Shown: positions 12,037 through 25,850, counted from the whole stretch's first letter. The stretch is DNA of 61,342 bases, filler included, from Sphacelaria rigidula (GCA_964200075.2; 7 parts of 7 records of this genome joined end to end with filler, not necessarily neighbours in it), one strand, 5' to 3'. Notes: a model not told the origin generated them from the letters alone. Numbers and translations are program-made.

Positions 12037-12080
12037 GGTTAGGGTTAGGGTTAGGGTTAGTGTCGGGCTTAGGGTCAGGG
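12037..12080 (+). repeat. Short interstitial TTAGGG repeat
   Basis: ggttagggttagggttagggttag followed by degenerate units. Confidence 0.75.
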
Positions 12081-12404
12081 GCGTGGTCCCTGCACGCACT
12101 GGCCCGACTGGTGTTGAAAAATAAATGTCGATTCTGAGGTGTTTCGAACTACGATCCGGCCCCCCGAGCACGCAGTCCCCTCACGCATTACAATGGTAAC
12201 CACATGCACTCCCCGAATATGCAGGCGGATGTGGTCAAGGTGGAGGCGGCGGGCCGAAGAGACAAGCAAGTTGAGTCGGCCGTTCGTCCATTTTAGCGGG
12301 AAAATCAGCAGCATCGGCGATATCACTCCCGATATCCACGACTGCGTTGGTCAGGCCTAGACGTGCTCCTACAAGCACATCAAAGTGGTCACATGCACGA
12401 TCAA

Positions 12405-15400
12405 ATGCAGGATCATGATAATGGATGGCGCGGCAACCAAAACTCCTTTAATGTTGGACAGAACAGCACGATAACCGCACGATTGAAGACATTTGCATTA
12501 AAAATAATTGACGTACGATCCTACACGCATCCACTCCCCTGCGCATTCGCTGACCGTAGATGTGGAAGATCCCCAAGACTCACAGTTGGGGTGCAACGTC
12601 TGGAGCACTTTTGAGACACCGGCCGGGGCAGACCGAACGTGAGATACGGCATCGCAATCGGTCTCAAGGTAAGAGCACCACAATACCTCTCGTGTACTAT
12701 TACCATGCGATATAGAGGTGATGAAGATCCAGCTCATCTGACTGCTTTCCTATTGTTCCCTCTGATGACTGTGATATTTAAACTAAATTGAGGATGCCTA
12801 CGTTCCTGGATATCATCATTTCACACTAACCCGTGTCAAATGCAAACTAAAAAACAAAGAAGACTCCACGACTGATACGTAGTGTCAATCTATCATCTTC
12901 CCGTCTATTCCGGGCAGGTAATGAAGTGTCTGCACCACTGTCGCCTCCATCCCGACCGACACATGCCACACCCGCGGTTGAAGGTAAATCTCCACTGACG
13001 CATTCCGAATGTGCAGTACCGGTGGAAAATGTGAGGGACATCGCCGAGGGTCACACCGGCAAACGAGTCAAACCGCAAAAGTGGCTGAGCCCCCGTTCCT
13101 ACGGAAACGATACGGCGACTGTGCTGTTCAGTGCGCGGGAGGCGTCCTTCGCGTCCAGTGATGGTGCATCTGTAGAAAAGCAGGGGTTGGAGGGGTGCAA
13201 TGACCATCTGAGTGCAGAAGGCAGTGGCTTCAAATTTCGATCGGCCGCGAAGATGCGACTCGTGAAAATCTCCATCACCTTGGCCTCAGAAAACAATGTA
13301 CGAGAGGTGTTACCACGGAATCCGCCGACAGTACCTCTCAAGGAAGTGGGTGACACCCCTAGCAAAATCGGGAGAGCTGCCGGTGGTAGAGTCCCGGAGG
13401 TAAAAAATTCAACTCCATCGGCCAAGGCCAAGAAAAGACGTACACCGCCCAACTCCGGTAGAGGCACACCACCACATGCTGACATACGTGCATCGAGGCG
13501 GAAGAGAACCGCGACGAATAGGCCGGAGGTTGACAGCGTATGGGTAGCGTGGCATGACCAACAGCAGGCAGTGTTGTAGCACAGAAACGGCGTGAGGGAA
13601 GATCAGCTGCTGTCAATATAATCCCCCGAGGAAGGGCCGATGTCCGTATCCTCATACAACTCAAGACGGGGTCCTACTCGGGGCTCACTGGGGGGAGGGT
13701 TCCACGCTGGCAGGACACCGTAACAAGCGACCAGACTCACCATGCACCTCGCGATCAACTGGTGCAGGCGCGCTGGCGTCAAAGTCGAAGCGGAAAAAAA
13801 AGAAGGCTACATATGCTGCCGCCACTGGGGTCGACCAATGCAGAGTTGAAGGTGTCGGCAGCTCATCTTGCGCGGGTTCGGAACAAGAGCAGGTAGCGCC
13901 GGCGCCTGCGAACGAGGCTACCAGCGAGCTAATGACGCATCCCGACCGCCGGGCAACACCCCCCGATACTGATCGTGGTGAACATCGCGTGCGCGGTGAA
14001 AGAGGGAGATTGACGACGCGACACGGTAGTCCTCAAGGTCTCCCTGGGAATCATGGTAGCTGCAGTAGGGTGCGTACTGCGCCGGCAGGGTCTACCCCGG
14101 TTAGTGGTATGAGGAGGGGGAAAGGACGTACGCGGGGAGGCAATCGTGATGTGTGTGGCATGCAGTTCCCCGTCTTCGATGGCGAATGCTACATGTGCTC
14201 TTCTTGCGGCCAGGTACACGACCCGGCATCGCGATTATGCTTTGCCTGCCATTGACCAGGGCCCGGGGAAGGCAATACCTGGCGTCATCTTGGTGCGACG
14301 CGAATCACGGAGGCTCGGCAATTTCTGGAGTCGTGTGCGCATTATTATGGTGTACACCCGGCTGCGCTGGTGGAAAATTATCAATCGAGTTCAGATTGCT
14401 TGTGCAGCCGGCATGATTGTTTTTGGCGCTCAAACGAGCGACACAGGATAACGAGTACTGGATGGAAGGCAAATTCCCTCCCTCCGGTTAGCTGCACACC
14501 CGTGACCGTTGTTTAACACACACCCCTACCCCTGCCGAGCCGGACTTTGTTGCAGAGGTACGCCAAAAAGGGATTGCGACCGTTGTCCGAGTGTTCAGCG
14601 GTCCGCAGGCGGCGGCCATTTTGTCTTGCTCCGACGTATCGCGGAAGAAGCTGGAGGACAACATCGCGTGTTATGTGTTGGGCGACAAGATCAACAAGAG
14701 GGCAAAGGAGCAGAAGGTCTATACCATCCCGCCAAAGAAAATAACAACCACACCGACGGCGACTCAAGGCCAGAAGTCGGCCTTAAAGTCCAACACCAAG
14801 AACAACACCATGTACACGCAGGAGCTGCTGACCGCTTTGAGAGGGATTGTGGGGGCGCCCGAAATTTCCCAGCAGGAGAAGGAGAGGGTACTTCTCAAGC
14901 CTCGGAGGGTCCATCCCATTCAGCATTCTCAATTCCAACGGAAGTGAGAGGAATCCCTAATACTGACCAGAGTTGCAGTGGACACAATGCCGGGAAACGA
15001 GCACATTCACAACGCACTCGGCCGTAGGCAACTTGCAGTTTTTCTGTGTCTGACCCTGGGGATTCCTTTAACCGTCAGTACAATAGTGCCGGATACTTTC
15101 GCACATAATTGTAGTGATCATTCCCAACGGCCGTCAGATCGATATTGTTCCCACCCTCACGCACACTCATCTTCTGCCATACCACCCCTTTTCTCCTATC
15201 ACCGCACCCCCACGTTGCCTACAGGTTTAGGGCATTCCAACAAGACCGTCGCGACGCAGTGGAAACGATCCGCCTGTTCCGATGCCGAGCAGCTCGATCC
15301 GTTCTACGTAGCTCAGGGTCATGCCGTAGATTACGCGACGGGGGTCCACCGCGAACCTCCTCAGGCCGCGACTGAGGGCGATTATCCAGCAGTGGAAAGC

Positions 15401-17456
15401 TACCATGTCGACAAGGTGCATACCGAATGGACCAACGCTGGGACCGAGTTATTGATAATTGCCTACGACGACCCCGATGCCGTGGAAATCATTAAAGCCC
15501 ATGAGCACCGAGGGCGGACAGGAAAGATACCAAAGGGTCAGACGAAATTCCACCCCATATCGACCAAGGCCCTGCCCCGCGGGTCAGGCTTCCAGAGCTG
15601 GCTGCGGGAGAACAGAAAACAGGCGAGAAACTATCTGGCCCGCGGTGTTTTCGAGCGAGTATTAGTCGAAAATCACTATGGACCCTTGATAGTGACATAC
15701 GGCAGTGAAATACCGCCCGCCCGAAGCGGCTCCACGCCAAGGCTTCCGGTGGAAGAAATGACAGTGGAGTTGGCAGCGGTGGCGGCGGCGGTGGTACCGG
15801 GCGAAGGAGGGGATTCGACACCGGCAGCGATTATGGCATACGCGGTGGGACGCGCCGATGCTCTGGGACGCACAGAGGGAGATGGGGCCCAGGAGTGGGA
15901 TGCGACAGTGATGATGGGCGAGCTACCGGGGAGGCGGTGGACGCGGAAACGGCGGTAGAGGCGTCGAGTGCGAGTGGCTACGGCGATTGTGTTTCGATCG
16001 GGGCCAGCGGGTGCAACTCAGCGGCGGTATCGGTCGAGGGGGGGTGGGGGGGACGGCGGTGCCGCGGGTGGCGGCAGCCGCGGCCGGCGGAGGTGTCGAT
16101 TGCAGCCATCTGGCAAGGGCGCCCCTGCGGACATATCTTGAGGTGGTGACAGGCAGGGGACCAGGTGAGGCGGCGGCGGCGGCGGCGGCGAGGAGGGCGC
16201 CACGCGCTGGTGTCGGCGCCGACGGGGGGGTCCGGGCGACTCCACCTTCGTCTCTCGCGGCGTCATCAGAGAGCAGGAGAGTGGACACAGCGGCGGCAGC
16301 AGTACCATATTTACCACACCGTTCAATTGGTGACTTGCAACCCCATCTGTTGTGGTGGCGTGATGGCAAGGGGCCTGACCGGATCATCCATAGCGCAGTT
16401 GGACCCGGCATACATGAGGGGGAGATGTTCGCAGTGTGCACTTCATCATTCACTCCGGGACGTTATTTCAGAAGCATTTGAAGAAATGGCTTGTGACTTT
16501 TATTTATATTGATCAGTGGATACTCATCCTGTTGGCCATGTCCTGCGGGCATGTCGAGCCACAAGGCTCCAACGCGGTGCAGGTAATTGTCGAACGCGTT
16601 GTGAACGGAGGCCCCCGGTACATACTGATGAACAGGGTGTACAGCGCCATCGTGACTCTGAGGGACGGGAGCGAAAGTGCGTGGCCTCCCGACGGACAGT
16701 ATGATTGGCTGATGCATCCTGTGGAGGTGGCGCTGTTCGTTTTCACCTATCTATTGGCTGGCTGCGACTTCCTGCCGCGTGTATCCGGGATTTCCTTCCT
16801 CAAGATGTGGTAATTCGTTCTGAAGGCACTGAGAACGCCGAATCTGTTCACGAAAGCGATAGTGGTGATCGACGAGGGTAGGGCGAGGGTGGAGGTGGGC
16901 GAGGGGGTCAAGCTACTGGTCACGATTGTTTTCTTCAGGTACGAAAACGCATTTGCGTAAGTCGCCGCGGATTCCGGACATCTCTTCACCGCGACAGGGC
17001 AGAATCTGGAGTCTTTCGTGAACAAGATTCGTCTGTGCATCACCACAGTACATGGGCACATGCCTTCCCGATGCTGCCCGGACTTGGACGCCTGCCAGAA
17101 GCACGTGGATAAGGCCGACGCAGTATTCGAATACTGGGGGGGGGGGGCTTTGGGATGAGCATGCCCACGGTAAACTTCAACGGGCGCGGATGGGGCGTTG
17201 AACCAGCAGAAAAACTCACCACAAAGGTGGGGTAAAGGCGGCGAGCAGAGGGGCGGTGGAGCTTACACGGGGCAACATAGTTGTATACTTGTAAAGCCAC
17301 ACGTATGTCGATACATCCGGGGTTGTGCGAACCCCGAGATGCGCGTGCAAGCCGGAAAGGGTGGCGCAAAGAGGTCACCGGTGCCGGGATTGCAGATGTT
17401 TAGGGTATTGTAAGCTGAGCTGCGGTTGCCAGGGCTGGTGCTTTTTGCCCCCCCCC
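12405..17456 (+). mobile_element. Repeated element, copy 2 (more complete internally), degenerate PIN nuclease + CXC ORF, truncated by contig end
   Basis: Matches 1012-4850. Motifs IAYDDPDAVEIIKAHEHRGR, HEGEM, LLAGCDFLP and RCACKPERVAQRGHRCRDCRCLGYCKLSCGCQGWC (~17335-17445). Has its own stops, e.g. TAA at 16811 and ~16958. Confidence 0.75.
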
Positions 17457-20400
17457 NNNNNNNNNNNNNNNNNNNNNNNNNNNNNNNNNNNNNNNNNNNN
17501 TTAATTAATTAANNNNNNNNNNNNNNNNNNNNNNNNNNNNNNNNNNNNNNNNNNNNCAGTACCAATGTACCGCGCAGATATCGGAACGGCTTTTAATGTG
17601 AAGACAACAACAACAACAACAACAACATGGAGCAAGCACCTCGTGGCTATTCATTCGCTGCAGCTTACCGAGGCAAGCGGCCGACATGGTGCCGAATGTA
17701 TATGGCTGATGGACATATTGTCGGTTTTCGTCCGGCTTTATACCGAACTGATACAAGTACTCGTAGAGCGCCGGTGTTCTTGGGCACACACCACCTCCTC
17801 CCCCGAACAAAATCGGCTACACCCAAGGTACATACATCACTATACAAACACAGATAGTGGACAGCACATGAGCTACCTAAATATTACTTCTTACTGGTGT
17901 ACCGATCCAGATCATGGGCTGGGTCGGTTGGCCCCTGTTTCCCAACTTGCTCGTTGAAGCGCTGAACGCCGAGCACACTGACTATCGCAAAGGCAGCACT
18001 TTGGCCTCTCAGACCCCACTATCACGCTTATTATAATATATATATATTCCCCTCCAAGGACCTGGGAGGCGTCCTTGGATACTTCATCTAGGTAGCACAT
18101 GCACTGTCCGACGTGTGCCGTGTTTGTCCGCCCCGCGGACATTGTAGTATTTGTCGGTGGGGTCATGCTACAAAAAAAAAGAGAACAGATGATGATGGCT
18201 CCTGTTGCAGGCGAAAGAAGTCTACCCCACCCTCCATACGCTTCAGTAGCCCATGGTTGTTCGGAAAAGTAGTCAAGTACGAGTTGGCCGAGAGATGGAG
18301 ACAATCAGGCACCTTATACAGGAACACGATCCCGATATCGACATATTAGTGAATCTGCCCTGTCTTCATGACTTATGCGGCGAACAGGCGTTTTGGCTAT
18401 TGCAAATACAAGAGCTCGAGTCACTGCCACGCGATCCAAGGGCAGACCGCGTTCGAAGGGTTTGCATTTTACGCTCGCATGCTGAGCGCTGTTGTTGTGA
18501 CTAGTAGTACATGATATTATTAGTGTTTTGAGGCCTTTCCTCCGCGCGCACCCAGTGTGTGTCGGGTACAGACTGGGTACACAACTATTGAAAAATTGCG
18601 CCTAGTTTCACCTTTGTATGAAATTGCAACGATAATGATAACGATGAAGATGCAACAGTCACACGCGTAAACCTTAAAACATTCGGGATCTTGGACGAGT
18701 TTGCTCTACTCCACCGCAACGTACTGTTGTACGGTCGTTGTGAACGCCATCAATCCTTTACCCTTCGACAATATGAATTTACAATTCGGAAAATATTCTT
18801 CAGTTTCACTACTCTCCTACATGTTGCTTGTCTCGTGAAGGACTACGTTCCGGGATGCAAGGGGAGGGAGAGCAAACGGCCCGGGAAACAAACGAAATTA
18901 TTATCATGGTTCTATATCCTACTGGCCTACAGTTGAAACCATCTCGCGGCGATTTCCTATGCCAGCATCTCGCGAACGACCCGTCCGTCAAGAAGTCAAG
19001 AGAGGACAGAGGGGCTATCATATTCAGAACAAACCCGCCCCTACCGCCTTCCACTAAACTGCTCAAGGGCGAGGCGCAGCGCTGATTGAAGTCGCAAAGG
19101 CACCCTAGCAGCTCAGCTTCGATGGCTGTGTGCGATGGATAGCGAGGACACACTGATCGTTACCGTGCTAGGCGCTGCATGTACAGAACGTTGACGGGAT
19201 ATGACTTGCAGTCCAACAATAAAGCATGATTAAGGCGTACCAGCGCTACACTCGACTCTCAGACCGCCGTGTGGCTAGTCCATCTGGATCATATATACTT
19301 TCTTCAAGTGAATATTGATGCCGATTCAGCAGGAGACCGACCTACCCTCGCGGTCAAAGGGTTCAACAAGTAGTACGACCACTCGAGCGCAGCCAGTTCG
19401 TATTTCACTGCCATATATGGAGGCAGCAGTAGCAGCATCGAAGGTACACGCGCGAACTGCCGAACACAAAGATGTGATACAGCACTCAACCCATGCGTCG
19501 GTATGGCTAAAAAACAACCAGAAGGGTTCTCGTACATATACACGTACTTATGCTTGGTGCAACCAAACGAAAGGGTGGAACATCACCCTTGCCCTCCCTG
19601 CCTGCAAATGTTTCAATCCTTTGACCGCCCTCGTATACCTTCTTTTGGCTAGCCGGTGATCACGACAGGCATGCGCATCAGATGCCCAATACAGGAGTAA
19701 GAAGCGCTACGCAGATATCGGAACGACTTTCAAAGTTGAAGGCAACGACAACAACAACAACAAATGACAGCATAGGTCATCTGCTGAATCGGCATCAGTT
19801 TCACATGAAAAATTACTGAATGGCCCAGATGACCTACCCGCTCGGTCACGGTACCACACGTCCTTAGTGTCTTCTATCGCAGCAACTTGGGGCTAAATTT
19901 TGTGTTGTGTAGTATCTATCCTGCACATCTTTTTGAGGGAGTCTCGCAATCAAATATGTCACGCCGTCAAACAAACAAGGTACTGGAGCACTCCACCGTT
20001 CACTACAGTACAGACAGTACAGTAGAGCATAGCAAGGTGAAACAAGAGGAATACAAGAACACCCAGAACAAAAACAATTGGGAGCTGCATGATTTGATTG
20101 ATAAGATGCGGGGTAGCGGATAAATAGAGATAAACAGTATTGAGTATTGGATTTGAACCTCTAGTACACTGCAAATGTTCAGGCACCCGGCAAATGGTCA
20201 CCGCTTAGATCGCCGTTCTGTTGACCCCTTGGATGTTAGGGTGGGTCATCCTTCGAATCGGCATAATGTTCACTCGAAAAATGAATGCAAAATCAAGCCG
20301 ATAAACCCACCCCGGCGGTCAAAGGGTCAGGTGAACCTGGTGTCGATTGAACACGTCAACACCGCTTGCTGGGGAAGGGGTCGGCGCGAGCAGCGGTTCC

Positions 20401-21614
20401 TATTCATCGAAGGCAACTGCACCAACCAACTATTAATAATCCACAGACAAGAAGTCAAGTGCCATGGTGTACTCTGTAGTCTATTCAAACCCGAACAACG
20501 GGTCCCGGCAACGCCACCTTCCGCGCATAGGTGTATCAACTGCGCGTGGTTGAGGTGAAACCTGTTCCAAGAGAGGCAGTGCGATGTACAAAACCACAGA
20601 ACAGATTGTCGTAGTACCGTAACTGTTGTCTGTACTGAACTACAGTACAGACAGTACCGCTGCTCTGTCAAGTAAGGACATGAAATGGATAGGGTGGACA
20701 TCGGCCAATGGACATCATCCAAGAAACTTTCAAACTTTCAACAGCCAATTACAAAACGGTCCGCGAGCACAGAAATTCTCCATCATTTTATTATTCTCCT
20801 CATTCATCACCGAAGCGCAACATTTTTCGCATTTATCCATATTCGTATTTTTGTGGAGCGAAAAGCGGAGGACAGAGGGGCACCAGGAAGATACAGTATG
20901 TATGTGGAATACCCCAAGCCACGATAGGTGAAAGACCGTCAAACATGCCCTTCCTCTTGTCGAATATTTCTCTGGGGGGGGGCGCGGGGGACCGGGAAGG
21001 CCTTACGAGGACATTTTTCTCTTGCACTTAATCACCACGGACAGCCATTGCCTTTTGTCGATAGGGGTGAGGACTGACGGTTATCCTTGACGCGTCCAAC
21101 CTATCTTCTGTTTCAATCTCATGTGTCAAGAAATGAAAATTGAGAAGTTGGACGTCGGAGAGATAATTTCCTGTCTGCACTGACTGTTGTTTGTACCCCT
21201 GACCCTAGAGAGCATGGTTTGGGTCTACTGCGCTCCGCATGTCGAAATTCGTGCATGGTCGAAGAGACAGCCAGGATTACAAGCGCGCTCAACAAACATC
21301 AACCGCGTGAGCTTCGGAAGCGGGATGAACGTTAGTAGAATCAAGGCAGCCTAAGACTCAGTCCAAGACACTAAGACGTTGCTGAACTGTTGCCTGACCG
21401 GTAGAACAAACCATATGTCCAGGACGAACTGCACGGCACCGACGGTATCATCATTACACCACGGTTGTACTTGTGTAACAGGAAGTATCTAGTAGTCAAC
21501 GTAGTAAGGCAGAAGCTGACGAGAGCACCTCCGACAAATTCCACATTTATCAAACACTCGCGGAACACGAGCATGTACACCCCAAAATTGCACACAACGC
21601 GGCGACCGACCTAC

Positions 21615-22311
21615 CTTTTCACACCACTCGTGCGCGCAGCTCCAGCACGCCCCGTGCCCGCATGCAAACAATGCCGTCACGGCCATGGGCGCCATGCACA
21701 TCACGCACTCCAGGTTCATCGGGAACTCTTTGCTGTTGTTCCCACTGCCGTCACATTCCAACTCCGACTTGATCGCACTAACATCTGCTCGGCGGGCTAC
21801 TTCTCGCTGCTCCTCCGGCGACATCTTTCCTTCACCCACCCTGCACTCACCGTCCGCCTCACCATTACTAGAATCCATCCCAGGTGAACTAGAGCCAGTC
21901 CGTTTCTTGAGCATCGCTCGACTAATAAACCCGGGAAAACCGACTTTGCTACTAGACTCTTCAGCTGCCGGCTCTACAGTCGCAGCCGCGGCCGCCGACC
22001 CATCGGTGCTTTTCCATGACTGTCGTCGGGCTCCACCGCTAAGGCTTGTCTCCCACCATGCAGCACCGCTGGACGAGTGAGTAGAGGTATCGGACAGATT
22101 CACAGAGGCGGAGGACGAATAGTGATTGCCGCTAGCACTGGCGCTCGTGTTGATTGCAGGACCGGTCGCAACGCGGCCCGAAGAGAAGGGAAAGTTTGAT
22201 CGGTGGTGTTGCCGATCATCATCGTCGGAACAGATTTCGATGATCTCTTGACCGTCACCACCACCTCTATCATCATTGTCATCATCATCGTCGTCATCGT
22301 CATCATCATCG

Positions 22312-22343
<32 letters not shown>

Positions 22344-22640
22344 GTCATCATCATCATCCTGCAGCCCTCGTGCCCCATCATCTTCTAGATGCAGCTCCTC
22401 CTCTTGTCCCTCCGCGATGGCCAAACTATCGGCGCCGATGGCGGACCGGCCTTCGCTACTACTTTCACCACCGGCACCGGCAACGCCGTCGCCGGTGCCC
22501 TGAAGGCGATGCAGCATCGATTGCTGAAGGTGCGCCAAGGGCTGCTTACCGCGAAGCCTCTTGATCGGGCGAGAATCGTCCTCTTCTGAGCTAGGTTCAA
22601 CTTGCTCCATGCCGTCCCAGAGGTCCTCAAGGTCGTCCAT
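21615..22640 (-). CDS. Large exon of a C3HC4 RING-finger protein with an acidic low-complexity N-terminus (putative E3 ligase); remaining exons unresolved
   Basis: Open frame MDDLEDLWDG... with poly-D tract, IIEIC (SIM-like) and CVMC...CGHGACWSC. Donor AAG|GTAGGT at 21614 falls before the last Cys pair. Confidence 0.7.
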
Positions 22641-23368
22641 CGTCCAATTTATGTGCACAAATCGAAGAGGTGTGTTGGCCGCTGCCAAGCCTCTGACAAG
22701 AGGAAATAAAAAGCCGATGGGGGAGAGTTTTATGGATCACTAGCTCGGATTTACCTTCGTAACGACGAGGGGAAGGACCTTTTTTTATACACTATACCAC
22801 TATACTAAACGCTTGAGGCCAAGATAGGCCGCGAGCAGGTGCGCGTGGTCCAAAGCAATTACAGTTTCCTTTCGGCTTTGGGTAGACTGGCACCTGGTGA
22901 TCCGGGGTACAGGGTAAAAAAATTGACAAAAGTCTTGGGATATCAGACCCGCGACCAAAACATCCTCGAATTGATCCTCGCATTGCGGTAAACCAAACAC
23001 AACATGAAAAAAAGATGATGTTTGTATAGCACCATTCACTTGTGGAACGAAATTACCGCCACTTTTCTGGGGGAATATATATATATGTATGTATGTATAT
23101 ATATATGACCGAATACAGTATAGGAGATATTTCCCCTGGGGTTGAAAAATATAGAAATATGACGGTGGAAATATATAGGCGTACAGAGGGGGTACAAGTC
23201 ACCGACGTACCAAAATAATTGGAACATGACCACTCACCATTGTATATCTAGAATACCACACACAACAGTACAGTACAGTGGCAGGCAGCGTTCCTTGAGC
23301 ACCACCCCTCCTCGGGACGGCTTTCAGTTCTCTAATCACGCCCTATCCCGAATTATTCGACGCTAACG

Positions 23369-23630
23369 ATGCCTATAGCAGTAGGTGTGGATCTGGGTAG
23401 CACGCACTGCAATGTCGGCGTGTGGCACCAGAATCGACCGGAGGTCATAGCTAACCACCATGGCCTGAGAGCCACCCCTACCATGGTGGCCTTTACAGAT
23501 ACTGAGGTGCTGGTGGGTGAGGCTGCCTTGTCTCAGGTGGCGAAGAACGCGGCCAACACTGTAACCGGATTCAAGTGGATGGTTGGGCGAAGTCATGCCG
23601 AGCTCGAGCCGCACGTCAAGAAGATGCTAG
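23369..23630 (+). CDS. Hsp70-family protein (atypical, HSPA14/Ssz1-like), exon 1
   Basis: [15 protein letters not shown]...[29 protein letters not shown]...FKWMVGR; donor AG|GTGGGT, phase 1. Confidence 0.9.
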
Positions 23631-24034
23631 GTGGGTGGTGTAGCAACGTATTGCAGGACAGTTGGCATCTCTCGGGGTTTCGTGGTTTGAAAACACGGAT
23701 ATATGGATAGTATTGCAGGTCGAGACGGTCACTGTACGACACTGCGGCGCGAAGAACAACAATACAATGAGGTTCTCCGTCCAGATGTGAAGCTTTTGGG
23801 CCGATTGCGCGTGTATTAATGTTGTAGCGAGGACTCGAAACTACCGTGGCGCGATGCGTCACACTTGTACTTCCCGACATGTTCAGTGAACGGCGAAATG
23901 AGGCGTGGGCGGTGGTGCGGGGAGTGTACTTCCGAGTACTCGGATAGAACGCGCTTGTACTGATTGATTATCGTAACCCTCCAGACGGACAGTACTCTTA
24001 CAAACAGCACCGCACACGCTGCGATCGACTTTAA

Positions 24035-24132
24035 CCCTTAAACCGCGAGGTTAGTCTTCCTGGATCATGCACACTGTTCTTCACTCGAAATTGATGCCGA
24101 TTCAACAGAAGACTCACCTCGCGGTCCAAGGG
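24035..24132. mobile_element. 98-bp piggyBac-like MITE in Hsp70 intron 1
   Basis: TTAA|CCCTTAAACCGCGAGGT ... ACCTCGCGGTCCAAGGG|TTAA. Confidence 0.8.
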
Positions 24133-24843
24133 TTAAGATACGATTAGTCTAGCTCCTTCCGTGCGCCATACAGATGCTGTTGAACTCTTGCAGTAGTCCG
24201 TATTCTCGGTGAAACCTTTGGCCGCCAGGGTGGGTTCATCTGTTGAACCGGCGTACCCCAATGGTCGAAGGTGGTATCGCGCATTGTGTTGCTCTGACCG
24301 GTACGTGTGCGGAGTACAATTTCAGATGAATGCCAGCACGAGCAGATACTTGTGGCATTGTACCATGACAGACAGGACTATTCCGATTAGTTCTCCGCGG
24401 TACATCCAGTCGATATCCGTTTCCTAGCATGTCAGTAGGTATGAGTTGGTGGTAATACAGGGTTCCAGAGCTACAACATACTGCCCCTGTATCGGAGCAC
24501 CGAACGACTTCGATAAGGTACAAAACTACCGTTCGAGCACAGTACCATTGCATCTCTGCAGTTCAAACCGTTACTACATGGCGGACACAGACATAATGGC
24601 GATAAGCACGTCCATACGTCGGCACTAGCGTGGTAGAAGTCAAGCAATACGGACCTCCGCTGGAAGAACGGGCATGAACGGAAGAGAATCGGACCCGCGC
24701 CATCGCTCGTGGCAGGTACATCCACATCAAGTCACGAACATCCCAGGTGTTGGTGTACGACCCCTTTACCCTGCCCTCTCCCCTCTCTCCCACTCGTCGT
24801 TCCTCCGCGTGCCTGGGGTCACATCGGTCATTCTCTACTGCAG

Positions 24844-25192
24844 AGTCCGGGCCGGTTAGGTGTAGCGTTGATGAGCGCGGCGAGGCCCGAGTAACTGTAA
24901 AACACAAGGGAGATGACCGATCGATAGCGGCCGAGACCCTCTGCGGGTATCTGTTCGGCCACCTAAAGGACATAGCGGAGGCGTTTGCGGGGGAACCGGT
25001 GGGCCGTTGCGTGCTGTCCGTTCCCCCGGGCTTCGCAAAAGAGCAGAGGGACGCGCTGAAGGCTGTCGGGAAGCAGGCCGGGCTACCTTTCTCTCTGGTG
25101 CTGTCAGATCCAGTTGCAACAGCTATTGCGTACGGGTTGGATAGGCCTGACGCGGAGATGGGCGGTAGCAGTAGGGAGAACGGCGCTTTCAA
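24844..25192 (+). CDS. Hsp70-family protein exon 2
   Basis: Acceptor ctactgcag in phase with exon 1; LKDIAEAFAGEPVGRCVLSVPPGF...SDPVATAIAYGLD; donor AA|GTGAGC. Confidence 0.9.
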
Positions 25193-25850
25193 GTGAGCAT
25201 GAGAAAGACGGTGGAGAAGTAGTTGTTTTTCGAGGGGGGGAGGGAGATGGTTTTTTGGAAATGTGCTCAGTACAGTTTGCTGAGCACGCCCTTGGGTGAG
25301 GGACAGAAGGACATGAAATGTAGGTCGTTGCTGCAGTGAAAGGGGTGTTCTCGCGGGTACCCTGTTTTTTTGCAAACCGTTTGCTCGGCAACAGTAATCA
25401 TGAAGCAGTACGTGTCTGACCTGTGTGCAAGTGCGAGCTATGCCCTCGAAAACAGGCTAGCATTCAGCCGGTAGTGCCTGTCTTCTGGGCTTGGCGAAAA
25501 TGAACACCGTGGGTGTATATTATGCCTCTATCAGTGCTTCCTCGGTGCCGCCGGTCTCCACATGTTCGATACTCCCTCAATATCCGTGCACTTGTACACC
25601 TTGGATTGTACGGTAGACCGTGGGTATTCGTTTTCCGTACAGACGCACACAAGCGAAAACTCATTTCGCAGGAAGTAAAACATGACACTCCCGCACCAGC
25701 AGAGAAACTTCAGCATCTCCTACATCTGTTGTCGTACCAAACTCGTGTATACATCCTCGTGTAATAGTACGTATACAACGTATCTCGCGCGTCTTGCTCA
25801 CCTCTCGTCGCGAAATCTGATATCCTCGAATACACACTCACAAACAACAG

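Noticed and set aside
17557-21600. Downstream exons of the RING gene
   Set aside because: Candidate AG...GT segments exist (~19050-19125, ~20507-20562), but none supplies the expected final CxxC in frame.
24563-25375. 270-aa minus-strand ORF
   Set aside because: Antisense to Hsp70 exon 2, with no recognisable motifs.
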